IMG/VR virus record: IMGVR_UViG_3300005537_000002
Span: 64,001-128,000 of that record
Direction: 5' to 3' (one strand)
DNA from: a virus
Length of the DNA stretch: 64,000 nucleotides
Positions 63,034-64,000 of this stretch are shown here, in pieces (position 1 is the stretch's first letter; the number at the start of each line of letters is the position of its first letter). The notes under the pieces are model-generated. The model was not told the DNA's origin. It made no database searches and worked only from the letters and a program-made list of their open reading frames with translations. The translations under genes were made by a program, and so were the position numbers.

Positions 63034-63078
63034 ATAATTAATAAATAATATTAACTACACCCAAAGGAGGTTGGCATC

Positions 63079-63537
63079 ATGCGTACAGACAGCGGAGAAG
63101 AGTTAGTCGAGTTGGATATAGCTACACTAGAGCGTCATATCCAACAGTCGAAAGAATATAGACTTTGGTACAGTATATGGGAACTGACTGAGTGGCTCTT
63201 TAGCGAAGACGCAAACCATGTGTGGGTGAGGTACTCTAGAACTGCCGGTAGGTATAGCGTCCAAGTGAAGACAGTAGATGGAGTAGAGATACTCGCCCTA
63301 GATAGTCGTGTGAGAGAACTGATGGCTAAGGAAGAGAATGTGCGACTCTTCCCTACCGTAGACAACATCTACGAGTATGCACAGTTGTGCATAGAGATGT
63401 CGTACACGGACATCATCAAGGAGAAGGCTTGCGGAATCTCTCTCCCGAACGGATTCTGGAGGGATAAGCCCCCAATCGTAGAGTATGCCGTATACGGCTG
63501 GCGTATACCACAACTAGAAGAGGACCAAGAAGTATGA
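63079..63537 (+). CDS. Hypothetical protein
   Basis: AAAGGAGG RBS. Confidence 0.6.
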   Translation: MRTDSGEELVELDIATLERHIQQSKEYRLWYSIWELTEWLFSEDANHVWVRYSRTAGRYSVQVKTVDGVEILALDSRVRELMAKEENVRLFPTVDNIYEYAQLCIEMSYTDIIKEKACGISLPNGFWRDKPPIVEYAVYGWRIPQLEEDQEV

Positions 63538-64000
63538 GAGCAGAAGAACTGCTGTACAGGCTATTGAAGTTACGGTCGGGGTCAATCATCAACTTCGTAG
63601 GAGACCCTAACGACATGACGTTCCCGACCGTATATGCGATCCGGTCATTGCAACCGGGTCTCTTTACGGATACTAGCACAGCTACGCTGCCAGCTGTGCC
63701 AATGGGTTTCGTATTCGGAGACCCAACAGACTACAAGCCGAATACGAACAGCGGAGGCTACCCCGTAGGCAACGGCTGGACCGTATGGGATCCGTACGCG
63801 GGTAGACCAAACTTGGCGAGAACTGCAGAAGAGTCCCTGATAACACAGACCTCATATGGTTGGAGTACGTTTCTGCAAGGTCTGCTACAACACCCAAAAC
63901 CACCGAAGTACGAGACCTACTACACGTACTTCGACTTTACAGCTCACTTACCTCAGGATGCAAGTCCAGACTCGAGCGTAGTCATACTGGCTGCGTTTGT
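63534..64000 (+). CDS. 3'-truncated hypothetical protein
   Basis: ATGA overlap; frame stays open (MRAEELLYRLLKLRSG...) to the window end. Confidence 0.5.
   Translation, partial: MRAEELLYRLLKLRSGSIINFVGDPNDMTFPTVYAIRSLQPGLFTDTSTATLPAVPMGFVFGDPTDYKPNTNSGGYPVGNGWTVWDPYAGRPNLARTAEESLITQTSYGWSTFLQGLLQHPKPPKYETYYTYFDFTAHLPQDASPDSSVVILAAF

Noticed and set aside
1-64000. tRNA/rRNA genes, integrase, virion structural genes, and the many other short minus-strand ORFs in the track
   Set aside because: No cloverleaf, rRNA or structural/integrase motifs recognised by eye (tRNAscan not run). The minus-strand ORFs overlap better-supported plus-strand genes.

Overview
Almost certainly a 64-kb piece of a large lytic dsDNA phage genome (Caudoviricetes; host not determinable from this window). 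Nearly all genes are on the + strand, and I recognised no structural, rRNA or tRNA genes. Left part (1-25 kb): a TGT/DpdA-like fragment plus Gat-QueC (7-deazaguanine DNA modification), two atypical paralogous DNA methyltransferase-fold proteins, a GH18/GT2/GtrA glycan cluster, HNH endonucleases, two catalytically dead intein-derived genes, and a UDG4-fused family A DNA polymerase whose 5' end was duplicated and recoded by an HNH insertion. Right part (28.8-64 kb): about 80 small early/host-takeover-type ORFs driven by a conserved sigma70-like promoter family (21 copies in the whole window), including a TIR-domain pair, highly acidic possible DNA mimics and many tandem paralogs. Standout: a minimal RAMP/Cas7-like gene (23130-23693) followed immediately by a 1,192-nt non-coding array. 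The array parses into 213 GGY-NN-type pentamers split into 15 segments by 14 nine-nt phase-breaking delimiters (GGAHGCYNN). This is a candidate RNA-guided system with a non-contiguous guide code (VIPR-like). All calls are by eye from motifs; no database searches were run.
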